From IMG/VR virus record IMGVR_UViG_3300016476_000412, positions 1 through 58,839 of that record: a stretch of DNA of 58,839 bases; one strand, written 5' to 3'. The position numbers were made by a program, and so were the translations under genes. This DNA comes from a virus. Lineage: Duplodnaviria > Caudoviricetes. The notes below the pieces were generated by a model, which was not told the DNA's origin, did no database searches, and saw only the letters and a program-made list of their open reading frames with translations. Shown here one piece after another: positions 17,519 to 28,030 of this stretch (position 1 is its first letter; each line of letters starts with the position of its first letter).

Positions 17519-17538
17519 ATGGGGGTTCGCACCCCCAT
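17519..17538 (+). promoter_or_regulatory. Intergenic hairpin before the primase gene
   Basis: ATGGGGGT-TCGC-ACCCCCAT, no U-tract. Confidence 0.5.
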
Positions 17539-17559
17539 TCATCCGAGCAGGGTAGGGAC

Positions 17560-20433
17560 ATGGATACAGCAGAATTTCTGGGTAGGGTTCTGCCCGACGA
17601 TGGGCATTATGTAGCAACTGTTATCAACCCGGATCGTCGCGCACAGAAATTTTATAACAGCATCGAGGCTCTGGCCAACGCTGTTATACGGATCGACATC
17701 GCAGGTGGTAACGTCTACTACGCAATGTCGTCGTTCCGCGACACGTCAAGTCGCAAACAGATCAACGTCCACAGGACCAAGGCCCTATTCATCGACGTGG
17801 ACTGCGGTGAGGACAAGCCCTTCGCCGACCAGAAGGAGGGAGCCAAGGCCCTCCGCGCCTTCCTCAAAACCAGTGGTATGCCCGCCCCGATGATCGTGTC
17901 GTCCGGTCGCGGCCTTCACGTCTACTGGCCGATGACCGAAGCGCTGGAGCCTGCGGACTGGCAGCCTCTGGCCGACGCCCTCAAGACTTGCGCCAAGCAC
18001 CACGGGTTCCAGATCGACCCCAGCGTGACGGCAGACAGCGCCCGTGTGCTGCGCCCGGTCGGCACCCACAACCCCAAGAACGGGGCCGAGGTCGCGCTTC
18101 TCAAGGACAGCCCTGACTACGACCCCGACCACCTGCGTGACGTGCTGACCAGCTTCATCGGTGCGGCCCCCTCGGTGCCCTCGGCTGCGCCCCGGGGTTT
18201 CGCCGCGCAGGCGGGTGTGTCCCGGGTCACAGCGGCCCTGTCGTCGGGACAGGAGTACGCCCCGGCCAATGGCGTGAACATCGTCAACGGGTGCAACCAG
18301 ATCGCGTGGGGTGTGAACAACCAAGGCGAGGTCGAGGAACCCTTCTGGTACGCCATGCTGGGTGTCGCCGCCTTCTGCGATGACCCGGAGGGGACCGCGG
18401 TCATGTGGTCCGACCAGCACCCCGAGTATGATTACTCCCGCACTGTCGTGAAGATGGAGCAGTGGCGGCGGCAGTCGACCGGACCCTCTACCTGCAAGCG
18501 CTTCAAGGACCTGCGCAGCAATGGATGCCGTGGCTGCATCTTTCACAACAAGATCACCAGCCCGGCCCAGATCGGGCGGCAGTTCGCTGCGGCAGAGGGT
18601 CCGGCCGAGGATGTGCTGGACGAGGTCGGTAAGGAAGTGCCGGTCCCTGCTGGGTACAAGCGCATGGCAAAGGGCGGCATCGCGCAGGATGTGGAAGGCA
18701 CCGACATCGAGGTGTCTCCGTTCGACCTCTACCCCGTGGGCTATGGGCGCGACGAAGCGCTGGGCTACGAGGTGGTGCGCTACCACTGGAAGCGCCCGCA
18801 CAAGGGCTGGCAGGAACTCAAGTTCCGGCAGGCGTATCTCGCCGACGGCAACCGGGAGTTCCCCACCGCAATCGCCGACCAAGGGATCGTCCTTCACCAC
18901 AAGGTCATGACCGAGAGGTTTCAGATGATGCTCCGCTCCTACATGGATGAACTCCGCAAACTCAAGACCACCACGAACCTCTACACCGCCCTCGGGTGGA
19001 AGGAGAACAACACCATCTTCGTCATCGGCGATAAGCAGGTGCGCAAGGATGAGACTGGCAAGGTCGTGACTGAGGATGTGGTGCTGTCGTCGGCGGTCCA
19101 GCGCCTCGGCTCCCACATGCACGGGGTCAAGGGCAGCCACGAGAAGTGGCTCAAGATCACCAAGCTGATGGAACTGGCCGGGCTGAACGCCCACAAGTTC
19201 GCGCTGGGTGTGGCTATGTCCGCGCCGCTCTACCAGTTCACCGGCCTCAAGGGTGCGGTGCTGTCGCTCTACGGACCGACCGGCAGTGGCAAGACCCTCG
19301 CGCAGTTGGCGATGCAGTCCATCTGGGGCGACCCGACCGAGTTGCACTTCCAGTCGAAGTATACCCAGAACGCCCTGTTCACCCGCTTGGCCTTCTACAA
19401 CAACCTCCCCATGACCATCGACGAGACGACCATGATGCCCGACAAGGAGGTCGGGGACTTCATCTATGGCGTCACGCAGGGCCGGGACAAGAGCCGCCTC
19501 AACGCGAAGATCGAGGAACGCGACCCCCGGACATGGGCGGCACCTGTCACCCTGTCCACGAACCGGCCGATGGGCGGCAAGCTGCTGGCCGCATCCTTCG
19601 AGACCGATGCGCAGATGGCGCGGATGCTGGAACTGTCACTCGAAGCGTCGGACATCTTCTCCAAGAACACTGACACCGGACGCAGGTTCTACGATACCGT
19701 CACCCGCAACTACGGTCACGTCGGCAGCTTCATCCTGCCGTGGCTGGTGGACATGGGCGAGGATGCCATCAACAAGATGATCGCCGACCACCGGGCGGCG
19801 TTCGAGAAGCGGTATAACATCCGCTTCACCGGGGAGGAACGCTACTGGGAGAACCTCATCATCCTCGCTGACCTGATGAACAAGGTCGCCACGCAGAGCG
19901 GGTGGGTGGACTACAAGTACCGTGAGGCGACGGAGTTCGCACTGGCCCATGCCGGGATGACGCGCCGCAGCATCGCCACCACCAAGGTGGATGAGTTCGA
20001 CATCCTGTCGGAATACCTGAACGAGATGTCGGATGCGACCGTGGTGATGATGCACACCGACAATGGCAACGACCATTACGAGCCGACCCGTCTGCCACGG
20101 GGTGAGGTGCGGGTGCGCTTCGATCTGTACCGCAAGACCATCCGTGATGACTTCGACCGTGGTATCCTGCTGGTGGATCGGACCCACCTGCGCCGCTGGA
20201 TGTCCAGCAAAGGCGGCGACTTCAAGCGGTTCTCCGACATACTTGCGCACGACAACGCCGACGCCACGCCCTCATCGAAGAAGGCCATGCTCGGGCGGGG
20301 GACAGAACTGCGCCTGCCGCAGGTCTATGTGCTGGGCATCAACCTCAACCACGAGCGCCTCAGAGACCTGCTCAACAACCGGGATGACCGGGTGGAAAGC
20401 CTGACTCTGGGGCAACTCAAGGCCGTGCGCTAG
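17560..20433 (+). CDS. Primase-helicase (AEP-like primase plus DUF927-type P-loop helicase)
   Basis: FIDVD, SGRGLHVYW, RVLRPVGT; Cys cluster; Walker A GPTGSGKT, Walker B TIDE. Confidence 0.88.
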   Translation: MDTAEFLGRVLPDDGHYVATVINPDRRAQKFYNSIEALANAVIRIDIAGGNVYYAMSSFRDTSSRKQINVHRTKALFIDVDCGEDKPFADQKEGAKALRAFLKTSGMPAPMIVSSGRGLHVYWPMTEALEPADWQPLADALKTCAKHHGFQIDPSVTADSARVLRPVGTHNPKNGAEVALLKDSPDYDPDHLRDVLTSFIGAAPSVPSAAPRGFAAQAGVSRVTAALSSGQEYAPANGVNIVNGCNQIAWGVNNQGEVEEPFWYAMLGVAAFCDDPEGTAVMWSDQHPEYDYSRTVVKMEQWRRQSTGPSTCKRFKDLRSNGCRGCIFHNKITSPAQIGRQFAAAEGPAEDVLDEVGKEVPVPAGYKRMAKGGIAQDVEGTDIEVSPFDLYPVGYGRDEALGYEVVRYHWKRPHKGWQELKFRQAYLADGNREFPTAIADQGIVLHHKVMTERFQMMLRSYMDELRKLKTTTNLYTALGWKENNTIFVIGDKQVRKDETGKVVTEDVVLSSAVQRLGSHMHGVKGSHEKWLKITKLMELAGLNAHKFALGVAMSAPLYQFTGLKGAVLSLYGPTGSGKTLAQLAMQSIWGDPTELHFQSKYTQNALFTRLAFYNNLPMTIDETTMMPDKEVGDFIYGVTQGRDKSRLNAKIEERDPRTWAAPVTLSTNRPMGGKLLAASFETDAQMARMLELSLEASDIFSKNTDTGRRFYDTVTRNYGHVGSFILPWLVDMGEDAINKMIADHRAAFEKRYNIRFTGEERYWENLIILADLMNKVATQSGWVDYKYREATEFALAHAGMTRRSIATTKVDEFDILSEYLNEMSDATVVMMHTDNGNDHYEPTRLPRGEVRVRFDLYRKTIRDDFDRGILLVDRTHLRRWMSSKGGDFKRFSDILAHDNADATPSSKKAMLGRGTELRLPQVYVLGINLNHERLRDLLNNRDDRVESLTLGQLKAVR

Positions 20434-23400
20434 TTCGAGGTCAACAGGTCGACCATCGTTTGCAGATCGCGCTCGGCGGCATCGGGGGCGGACTTCAAGG
20501 TCCGCTCAATCGCCGGGCGGCGGGCTTCCTTGAGCGCTCTCTGGGAGTTCTTCACGAAGTTCCGCACCTCCAGCGCCGTGCCCGCCGACGCAGCGTTCCA
20601 GTCCTCCACGGCTGCCTCAATCTCCCGGGCACGGGCGCGGTCGTTGCGCATCATCGCTTTGATCCACGCCGTGCGGAACCCGGTCGACACCTCTCGCTGG
20701 TAGTCCGTCATCCGCTTGGCTGACCGGATCATCTCGTACTGCTTGGCAGCCTCGGCCGGATAGAAGCCCAGCGCCCGGGCCAGCACAGTACCCGCCGTCA
20801 TCTGATCGGACACGACATAACCGCGTCGGTCCACGACGGCCCCGTTCTGGAGGTAGGCGTAGGTGTCACCGACGGCGCGGGCCATCGTGATCGGCGCTTC
20901 CCGCAGCACATCTTCCATGGAAGTCGTGGTGGAGAACGGCGCAGCGGCAAGGTCCGCAGCGAACTTGGCAGTGCCGATCAGCATCGACGGCGCGGGGCCG
21001 AAGATTTGTCCCAGCGACCGGGCCGGGTCGGACCCAGCCAGCAGGATGTCGGTGCCCGGCAGCAGATCACCCAGCGAGGTGCGCCCTGCCACGTCGGCGG
21101 GGACGTACTCGTTCACCAGACCCTTGAGCAGCGTGGGCGACATGCCCGGCAGGACGCTGTCGATGAACTTCGCGGTCTCGTAGCGCGCACCCTGCCACCC
21201 GGCGATCTTGAGGCGCTGCGCCAGCGTGTCGGCCAAGTCCTCCAAGTCCTCGGCGAAGGGCAGACCAGCGATGCCACTGAGCAGGACGATCCCGGCGATC
21301 ATGCCGATCTTCCCGTTGCGCGACAGGTTGGCGAACATCTGCACAGAGGTGGTCGGGAACACCTTGTACATGTACATGAAGGACTGGATGCCCGAGCGCC
21401 ACGCAGGCGGGCGGTTCAGGACCGAGTATTCCCCCATGGTGTACTGCAGCGCCTTGACCGCGAAGGCCCGGGCGGCGGCGTCAGCCTCAGCCTCAGAGGC
21501 ACCAGCGGCCACCTTGCGCGCGAACTCCAGTCGGTAGGAGGCGAGGCCCAGCGTCCGGCGGCTGGCCTGCTCCGTGACGTTGAAGGTCCACATCCACCCG
21601 TCGAGGAACTTCTGCTGCCATCCCTGCGTGGTGCGGCCCCGGGCGGTGCCCACCAGTGCGTTGGACTGCGCCGGGATCATGGCCCCGTCACGGATTTCCT
21701 GCGCGATGAAGGCAGCCTCGCGGGCATTGATCCCGAAGCGCTTCTGCATGGCAGGGTCAGCCGCGATCTGGTCGTAGAACTCGGCGGTGTTGGCCTCACG
21801 GCTGGTGATCCCCGGTGCACCGACGTGTTTACCTGCAAGGGACATCTCTGCCACAACGCTGCCGACCGAGAACCCGCCACCGAAGGCGGTCTTGGGGTTG
21901 TAGCTGGCGAGGTAGGGCACCCCGTTCGTGACCAGCGACAGCAGGTTCAGCGCACCCGTGGCGATGGAGCCGCCCAGTTGCATCATGGAGGTGGCAGCAC
22001 GGATGCGCGACACCAGCGGGCCAGACCCGAAGTCCGACTCGTCCACGTTCTTGTTCCCGTCGAGGAACGCCACGGTGCTGGCTGCCTCGTTGTAGAACTG
22101 GTTGCCCCGGCGCGGCTGACCATTGCCCGGGTTGGTCTGGTTGTACATGTAGGCGTACTGCTCGTAGGCCCTCTGCGCGTCGGCCACCTTCTCGCGGGTT
22201 GCGGTCGGGTCAGCAGCCAGCTTTTCGGCGCGCTCTTTCAGTTTGCGCAGTGCCTCGGCGTCACCGTTCCACAGCCGGTTGGTCGACTCCATGCTGCGGT
22301 CCATCAGTTCCGCCAGTCGCGGGCGCATCAGCACCTTGGCGATGGTAGAGGCCCGGCTCTCGATATGGCGCATGGTCGCCATGACGCCATCCATCTTCGC
22401 ACCGGGGGTGAAGGAACGCTCCAGCCGGTTGCGGGCGTTGCTGTTCTGCCGGGTCAGGGCGACGATCACGTCCTCCATCTTCTCCGGCGTCAGCGTGATG
22501 TCGAACTGGCGAAGGCCACGGATGAACTCATTGAGGTTCAGTTCCGGCGGCGCGGCAATGGCGTCGAGGGCGCGCTCGGACACGGCGCGCAGTTGCACCT
22601 TCTGCAGCCGGTACTGCCCGGCGTCTTGGTCATAGGCCATGACCTCGAACTCGGTGTTCCCGAACATGTCGTTCGTCTTCTGCACAGCTTCCATGGATTC
22701 GGAGGCGCTGTCGAACTGGGAGTAGACCAACTGCTCCCGGTAGCTGTCCTGCAGCCGGACGATCTTGTTCCCGACGAAGGCTTCCACCCGCATCTGGAAC
22801 TTCCCCTCGCGGAGGATCGGGGTGTAGCCCGTGGCGATGGTGCGCTTGGTGAACTTGTCAGCGTCCTTGCTGGCGAGTTCTGACAGGATGACCTGCTTGA
22901 CCTTGTTCTGAACCACATAGCGGTCCTCGCCCAGCCGCATCCGCGACTTGAACGCCTCCAGCTTGGCGATCAGGTCGTCAGCCATCTGGGCTTCCATGGC
23001 GGCGGGCAGAGTCCGGCGCGTCTTGCCGTCCTTGGTCAGGAACACCCGCTCGTCGACCAGCAGTTGACGCAGGGTGTCGAAGCGGTCCGACTTCTCCCCG
23101 ATCAGCGCAGCGTTGGCGGTGCGCAGGATGTCGTTGGCGTAGGTCTGGTAGTCGTTGTCGAGCACTGCGCGACCGGTCGCGTCCTGCGTGACGTTCGAGG
23201 TGTAGAGGCTGCCATAGGTCTGCGAGAGCGTGGTCATCGCCTCGCGCTCGGCCTCGCTCAACTCCCCGTCCGGCACCGTGGCTGCGATCTGGCGGAACGC
23301 AAGGTCGCGCTCCTGCAGTGCACCTTCGTAGCGGGCGCGCAGGAGTTCGAGTTCGATGTCATCCATCGCCTCGCGGATTTTGACGTAACCCTTCCACTCG

Positions 23401-26400
23401 ATGCTGTCCTCGGTCAGGCCCTTGATACCGGCGAACTTCTCCTTCTTCGTGACGGTCTGCCCCGCCTCGTCGAAGGTCACGTCGTATTCGAACCCGTCGC
23501 GCATCTCCTCGAAGCTGCGCTGTCCAATCTGCCGCAGGCGCGTGATCTCGGCGGTGTTCTTGACCAGCTTGCCGTCCACCATGGTGAACAGTGGGACGTT
23601 GCCGAGGTCATCCATGGTGCGTGTCTTAGCCACCGCCGCGCGCTGCCCAGCGTAGAGCATCTCGTTGATCGTGGCCGTCTGCTTGTCCGAGATGCCGCCG
23701 ACCTCACCCGCGATGGCGCGGTTCAGCACAAGGCGCAGCCGCTCGTTGTAGCTGACCTTGAGGGACATGGAGATGTTGCGGGTCTCGTCGATCAGTTCTT
23801 CCAGCGCAGCAAGGCCCGGGTTCTGCCGGGCGCGGAAGTTGGCGAGACTGAGGAACTTCGACTTGAACTCGTCCCACGTCGTGGTGGAGTTCACACCCTG
23901 CCCGCGCAGGTACTTCCATCCTTCCTCGATGCTCATCGGCAGTCCACCGATGGAGTCCCGCAGCAGCCCAGCCGCCGTGTTCACGTCGCGGAAGGACTGC
24001 GGGGTAGAGAAGCGCCCCGTGTCGCCCAGCGACTCCACAGCATGGAGCCGGGCACCGATGGCCTGCGCGTCAAAGGTGACGCCACCTTTTCCCCGCGCGT
24101 AGCGCCGTGCCTGATCCAGCAGGTAGCGGGTCATCTCGTCACCAGTGCGGATACCCAGCGCGTTGACGAAGCCCTTGATGGCGTTCCAGACCTTGGCGAC
24201 GACGCTGGTCTCCAGCGCGGCGGCATAGTCAGACAGGTATTCTTCCACGGCTTCTGCGCGCCCGAGGCGCGGGTTGGCAGCCATGGCAGCATCGACCGCC
24301 CGCTGGATGCGGGACTCGCCTTTGTAGAGCGTCTCCATCAGAGCGTCGAACTTCGGACCGGGCATGATGCCACGCAGGCCGAAGTGACCCAGCGTTTCGT
24401 GGGCGAGGACGAAGCGCAGCTGCTGCTCCGTCACGATGCGGTCAGTGAAGATCACGACCTGATCGCCGTCGAAGGCGTAGCCCATGGCCGGTGCCGTGTC
24501 GAAGTCGCCCTGTGGACGGGCTGCCACAGCCCGGGCATAGAGGTCCGGGTAGCGCGCCTTGAGGTCCGCTTGGCTGCGGACGACGGTGATCTTGGGGGCA
24601 CGGGCCAACTTTGTCGCAAACGTGCGCACCAGAAGCTGGATGCGGCCGGGTGCGATGGGCGAGACCGGGTTGCCGTCCAGATCGACGACGTTCGACACGG
24701 TGTTCGGATCAGCCAGTGCGAAGGCACCACGGGGGGTAAGCGTACCACGCTGCCAGTTCGGCTCATTGCGCTCGTTGACGTAGGACAGCAGGGGGGCGTT
24801 ACCGCGCACTGCGGTCTTGCCCTCATCACCGAGGCGCTTCACCTCGATGGCAGTCTCGCGGAACTTGGTCATGAACCCAGACGGCAGGTTGTCGCGGTTG
24901 GCGGCGTACTCGTCGAGCATAGCGTTCAAGCGGGTGATGGCGCTCTCGCCACCCACCTCGCTGTTCAGTTCGTCGGCGGCGTCCGTCACTTCTTCGACGG
25001 TGCCTGCGTCCTTGAATTTCAGGTACAGTTCGTCGGCCAGCGCACGATCTTCCTCGGGCAGGCTCTCCATGTACTTGACTGCGGCGCGGCGCTGGGCGCG
25101 CATCGCGGCTGCCAGTTCTGGGTCGGTGTCGCGCAGGCCGGTAGCACGCTGGCGCGACATGCGCGCGAGTTCAAACAACGCCGAGTCGCGGGCGAAGGTA
25201 TCCCCGTCTGCCACGGCCTGCTGCACATCAGCCACGAGTTCATCGACCTCGGCCACCATCGTGGTGGTCAGGTCAACTTTGGCCGCAGCCACGCGCTGGG
25301 CTTCGGTCTCAGCGCGTTTGATCGCGTCTTCCCGGGTGACGACCTCCCGGGTCTGCGCCGCCGTCGGCGCGGCGCGTTCTGCTGCCTGCTGGGCAGCGAC
25401 CTCCTCGGGGGACCGGCGCGCGGTCTTGGCGCGGGTGCCGCCCTCGGTCGTATCCAGTGCGGCTTCGGTCATAGCCTGACGGGCGGCAGCCACTTCGCCC
25501 GTCGCGGTACGGGCACCAGTGACCTCGGGCACCCCCTCGGCCCGAGGCTGTCCCTTGCCGCGCTGGACCTTGGCCTGCTGCGGTGCGGGGGCTTTCGTTG
25601 TGCCCTTGGTCTGGACCTTGGCCTTACCCGCTGGCGTGGTCGGCGCAGGCTCCGGCGCGATCAGCGCGCTGAATTTGGTCAGACGCTCCTGTACCTGCGC
25701 CGGGTCCTGCAGAGCAGAGCCGTTGAGGTAGGGGTTGTCCGCTTTGCGGAACGCCTTCCCGATTTTCGTCCACTCCTCATCAGTGCGGGCACCAAGCCAG
25801 TCAGTGTAGTCGGCAATGGTATCGCCCAGCCCAGACCGCAGGTCGGTGCTGCCGCCACGGGTGTACGCCTCCAAGAACGACCGCACCTCCGGGAGCTTGC
25901 TGGCTTCCGGGTAAGGTGCCAGCCGCCGCTCGACTTCCGCCTGCTGCTCTTGCTGGTAAGCCTCCTGTTCCGCTTTCTTCGCGGCTTCCGCGGCAGCCTT
26001 CTTCTGCGCCTTGGTGAGAGGCTTCGGCTTGGGGGCTGTCACGTCAGCCACGTTGGGCAGCGGCCCGGTGGGGGTCTGCGGTGCCGGAGCGGTCGGCACA
26101 GGAGCGGGCGGCTGAGTAACGACTTGCTCGATAGGGCGCGGAGCCGCAGGGCCACGGCGCAACGGCGCAGCCGCAGGTGCAACGGGTGCAGCAGGGGCAG
26201 CCACGGGTGCCGGGGCAACAGCAGCGGGAGCAGGAGCGGCAGGAGCGGCAGGAGCGGCAGGAGCGGCAGGAGCGGCAGGAGCCGCCTCGGGCGCGGGGGC
26301 GCGCTGATCTGCACGCAGCAGCATTGCCCCGGGCCGAGCCTCAACCACGGGAGCCATCTGTGCAACAGTGGGCACTTCCCCGACGCGCTGGCGCTGGGTC

Positions 26401-28019
26401 AGCAGCAGTTGCCCGGGGCGACCACGAGCGGCTTCGCCCGCCGGGTTCCGCATCTCGGGGGTCAGCAGCAGCTGTCCCATGGGTGTGGTGGCTGCAGGAG
26501 CGGCAGGAGCGGCAGGCGCAGCCGGAGCCACGCGCTGATCGGGGCGAAGCTGCATCGGACCGAGTGCCGTTTCCCATCCGGTGGCAAGACCAGCTTCCGA
26601 CGGGTTGAGTTGCGGCACTGCCGGACCGAGTGCGTTGTTCGCACGCCAGTTGGCCTCCAGTGCAGCTTCTTCGGGCGACAGGTTGGCGACGACCGGCCCG
26701 AGTCCGATGTCTGTGGGGGCTGCCTTCTCGGCGACCTGCGTGGCCGCAGTGTCGGTCAGGTCCACCGGCTTCGTGGTATCCACCGGGGGCTTTGCCTTCG
26801 GCGTGCCGGGGGTGGACTGGAAGTTGGCAGCCGTGCCCATACCGCCGCCGAGGATCGCGCCGACACCGGCTGCGATCAGGTACTGCTCACCATAGGTCTC
26901 GGCCAGATAGGGGGCCAGCGCCTTCCAATCCTCCGCAGAGAACTGCTCGCGTGCCGTCGGATCGAACAGCGCAGTCTCGCCCAGCGTCTGCATGGTCTCG
27001 GTCAGGGCTTCACCAAAGCCCGTCTTGATCCCGCCGGTCAGCCCGTTGCGCAGCGCGCTGCGCGCCGCCTTCTTGCCCGCTTCTTCCACAGTGGTGCGCA
27101 GGGCGCGCGAGATGATTTTGCCCGACGCTGCCGAGATACCGAAGGCATCCAGTGCTGTGTTGGCGAGTGCGCCACCGAGAATCTCGGTCTTGGTCTCGGG
27201 GTCGTTGGGATCGAAGCCGTTCCGCACCGCAGCGTCGTAGTAGCTGCTGACGTGCATCGGGAACGTGGAGACTGCGCCGCCAGCCGTGGCAGCAGCGCGG
27301 ACCCCAGCCGCACCTGCGCCGAGTGCGCGTGCCCCCAGACCGGCGACACCGCCGGACAGGACAACTGAGGCAACAGTCGGCACCGCCTGCCACGCGCCGT
27401 CGATGATCTTCTCCATCAGCGTGCTGTTCTGGGCGATCAGGGACGAGCGCACCTGCTCATCTTCGGTCTGCCCGAACACACCCTTGGCGAAGTCGCGGAC
27501 TGCGGGTCCAGCCTCCGACGCCCCGGCAAATTCCATGAGCGTGCCGACACCACCGATGGTGCCCTCGGCCACTTGCCGGACACCAAGACCCAGCAGTTCA
27601 CCCACGCCGCGCCGCGCCGACAGCGACCTGATGTAGTTGCCGTAGGACGAAGCGGGAAGCGGTACCCACCCAGACCCTTCCGGGGCTTTGGTGTTCGGGG
27701 TCTGTAGGGTCTCAATCGCAGAGCGCGCGTCAGTGGCGGCGAAGATGCGGTCGCCCGCATACATCTCGTTGGTGGCCTGATTGAAGTAAGCCGGTGCCGT
27801 CCAAGTGTCAGCCTGCGGTGCCTTGAGTCGCTGCGCCGCTTCCATGGCGTACTGACCGGGAACGTACTCCGTCCCGCCCACCAAGGGATCGGCCTGCGTG
27901 CTCTGCAGTGCGCCAAGACCCATGCGCGTGGCCGGGTTCCCCGCAACCGGAGAACCGGGGACGGTCAGACCAAGACCCATCGAGCGGCCAATGGTGCTTT
28001 CGGGGAAGCCGTCAGCCAT
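20430..28019 (-). CDS. Giant internal virion/ejection (polyvalent) protein with zincin-like domain
   Basis: 2529 aa, last gene of the structural arm; HETLGH..EAVEE motif; hydrophobic Gly/Ala segments; Ala/Pro linkers. Confidence 0.78.
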   Translation of the reverse strand: MADGFPESTIGRSMGLGLTVPGSPVAGNPATRMGLGALQSTQADPLVGGTEYVPGQYAMEAAQRLKAPQADTWTAPAYFNQATNEMYAGDRIFAATDARSAIETLQTPNTKAPEGSGWVPLPASSYGNYIRSLSARRGVGELLGLGVRQVAEGTIGGVGTLMEFAGASEAGPAVRDFAKGVFGQTEDEQVRSSLIAQNSTLMEKIIDGAWQAVPTVASVVLSGGVAGLGARALGAGAAGVRAAATAGGAVSTFPMHVSSYYDAAVRNGFDPNDPETKTEILGGALANTALDAFGISAASGKIISRALRTTVEEAGKKAARSALRNGLTGGIKTGFGEALTETMQTLGETALFDPTAREQFSAEDWKALAPYLAETYGEQYLIAAGVGAILGGGMGTAANFQSTPGTPKAKPPVDTTKPVDLTDTAATQVAEKAAPTDIGLGPVVANLSPEEAALEANWRANNALGPAVPQLNPSEAGLATGWETALGPMQLRPDQRVAPAAPAAPAAPAATTPMGQLLLTPEMRNPAGEAARGRPGQLLLTQRQRVGEVPTVAQMAPVVEARPGAMLLRADQRAPAPEAAPAAPAAPAAPAAPAAPAPAAVAPAPVAAPAAPVAPAAAPLRRGPAAPRPIEQVVTQPPAPVPTAPAPQTPTGPLPNVADVTAPKPKPLTKAQKKAAAEAAKKAEQEAYQQEQQAEVERRLAPYPEASKLPEVRSFLEAYTRGGSTDLRSGLGDTIADYTDWLGARTDEEWTKIGKAFRKADNPYLNGSALQDPAQVQERLTKFSALIAPEPAPTTPAGKAKVQTKGTTKAPAPQQAKVQRGKGQPRAEGVPEVTGARTATGEVAAARQAMTEAALDTTEGGTRAKTARRSPEEVAAQQAAERAAPTAAQTREVVTREDAIKRAETEAQRVAAAKVDLTTTMVAEVDELVADVQQAVADGDTFARDSALFELARMSRQRATGLRDTDPELAAAMRAQRRAAVKYMESLPEEDRALADELYLKFKDAGTVEEVTDAADELNSEVGGESAITRLNAMLDEYAANRDNLPSGFMTKFRETAIEVKRLGDEGKTAVRGNAPLLSYVNERNEPNWQRGTLTPRGAFALADPNTVSNVVDLDGNPVSPIAPGRIQLLVRTFATKLARAPKITVVRSQADLKARYPDLYARAVAARPQGDFDTAPAMGYAFDGDQVVIFTDRIVTEQQLRFVLAHETLGHFGLRGIMPGPKFDALMETLYKGESRIQRAVDAAMAANPRLGRAEAVEEYLSDYAAALETSVVAKVWNAIKGFVNALGIRTGDEMTRYLLDQARRYARGKGGVTFDAQAIGARLHAVESLGDTGRFSTPQSFRDVNTAAGLLRDSIGGLPMSIEEGWKYLRGQGVNSTTTWDEFKSKFLSLANFRARQNPGLAALEELIDETRNISMSLKVSYNERLRLVLNRAIAGEVGGISDKQTATINEMLYAGQRAAVAKTRTMDDLGNVPLFTMVDGKLVKNTAEITRLRQIGQRSFEEMRDGFEYDVTFDEAGQTVTKKEKFAGIKGLTEDSIEWKGYVKIREAMDDIELELLRARYEGALQERDLAFRQIAATVPDGELSEAEREAMTTLSQTYGSLYTSNVTQDATGRAVLDNDYQTYANDILRTANAALIGEKSDRFDTLRQLLVDERVFLTKDGKTRRTLPAAMEAQMADDLIAKLEAFKSRMRLGEDRYVVQNKVKQVILSELASKDADKFTKRTIATGYTPILREGKFQMRVEAFVGNKIVRLQDSYREQLVYSQFDSASESMEAVQKTNDMFGNTEFEVMAYDQDAGQYRLQKVQLRAVSERALDAIAAPPELNLNEFIRGLRQFDITLTPEKMEDVIVALTRQNSNARNRLERSFTPGAKMDGVMATMRHIESRASTIAKVLMRPRLAELMDRSMESTNRLWNGDAEALRKLKERAEKLAADPTATREKVADAQRAYEQYAYMYNQTNPGNGQPRRGNQFYNEAASTVAFLDGNKNVDESDFGSGPLVSRIRAATSMMQLGGSIATGALNLLSLVTNGVPYLASYNPKTAFGGGFSVGSVVAEMSLAGKHVGAPGITSREANTAEFYDQIAADPAMQKRFGINAREAAFIAQEIRDGAMIPAQSNALVGTARGRTTQGWQQKFLDGWMWTFNVTEQASRRTLGLASYRLEFARKVAAGASEAEADAAARAFAVKALQYTMGEYSVLNRPPAWRSGIQSFMYMYKVFPTTSVQMFANLSRNGKIGMIAGIVLLSGIAGLPFAEDLEDLADTLAQRLKIAGWQGARYETAKFIDSVLPGMSPTLLKGLVNEYVPADVAGRTSLGDLLPGTDILLAGSDPARSLGQIFGPAPSMLIGTAKFAADLAAAPFSTTTSMEDVLREAPITMARAVGDTYAYLQNGAVVDRRGYVVSDQMTAGTVLARALGFYPAEAAKQYEMIRSAKRMTDYQREVSTGFRTAWIKAMMRNDRARAREIEAAVEDWNAASAGTALEVRNFVKNSQRALKEARRPAIERTLKSAPDAAERDLQTMVDLLTSN
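26230..26283. repeat. 9-bp minisatellite (GCAGGAGCG) x5 plus one variant, encoding (APA)n
   Basis: Perfect tandem copies read directly; a shorter array lies at about 26494-26520. Confidence 0.9.
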
Positions 28020-28030
28020 GGATGTCTCCT

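Noticed and set aside
26230-26283. Tandem repeats as a CRISPR array or DGR template
   Set aside because: 9-bp spacerless coding repeats; no reverse transcriptase in the window
23064-27368. 1434-aa + strand ORF and other long antisense ORFs (e.g. 21006-22883, 27908-29590, 42901-44637, 10587-12365)
   Set aside because: Shadow frames of high-GC genes on the opposite strand; no motifs or SD, and they conflict with clear genes
20430-28019. Giant protein as an N4-like virion RNA polymerase
   Set aside because: No recognisable RNA polymerase catalytic motifs; a zincin-like motif is present instead
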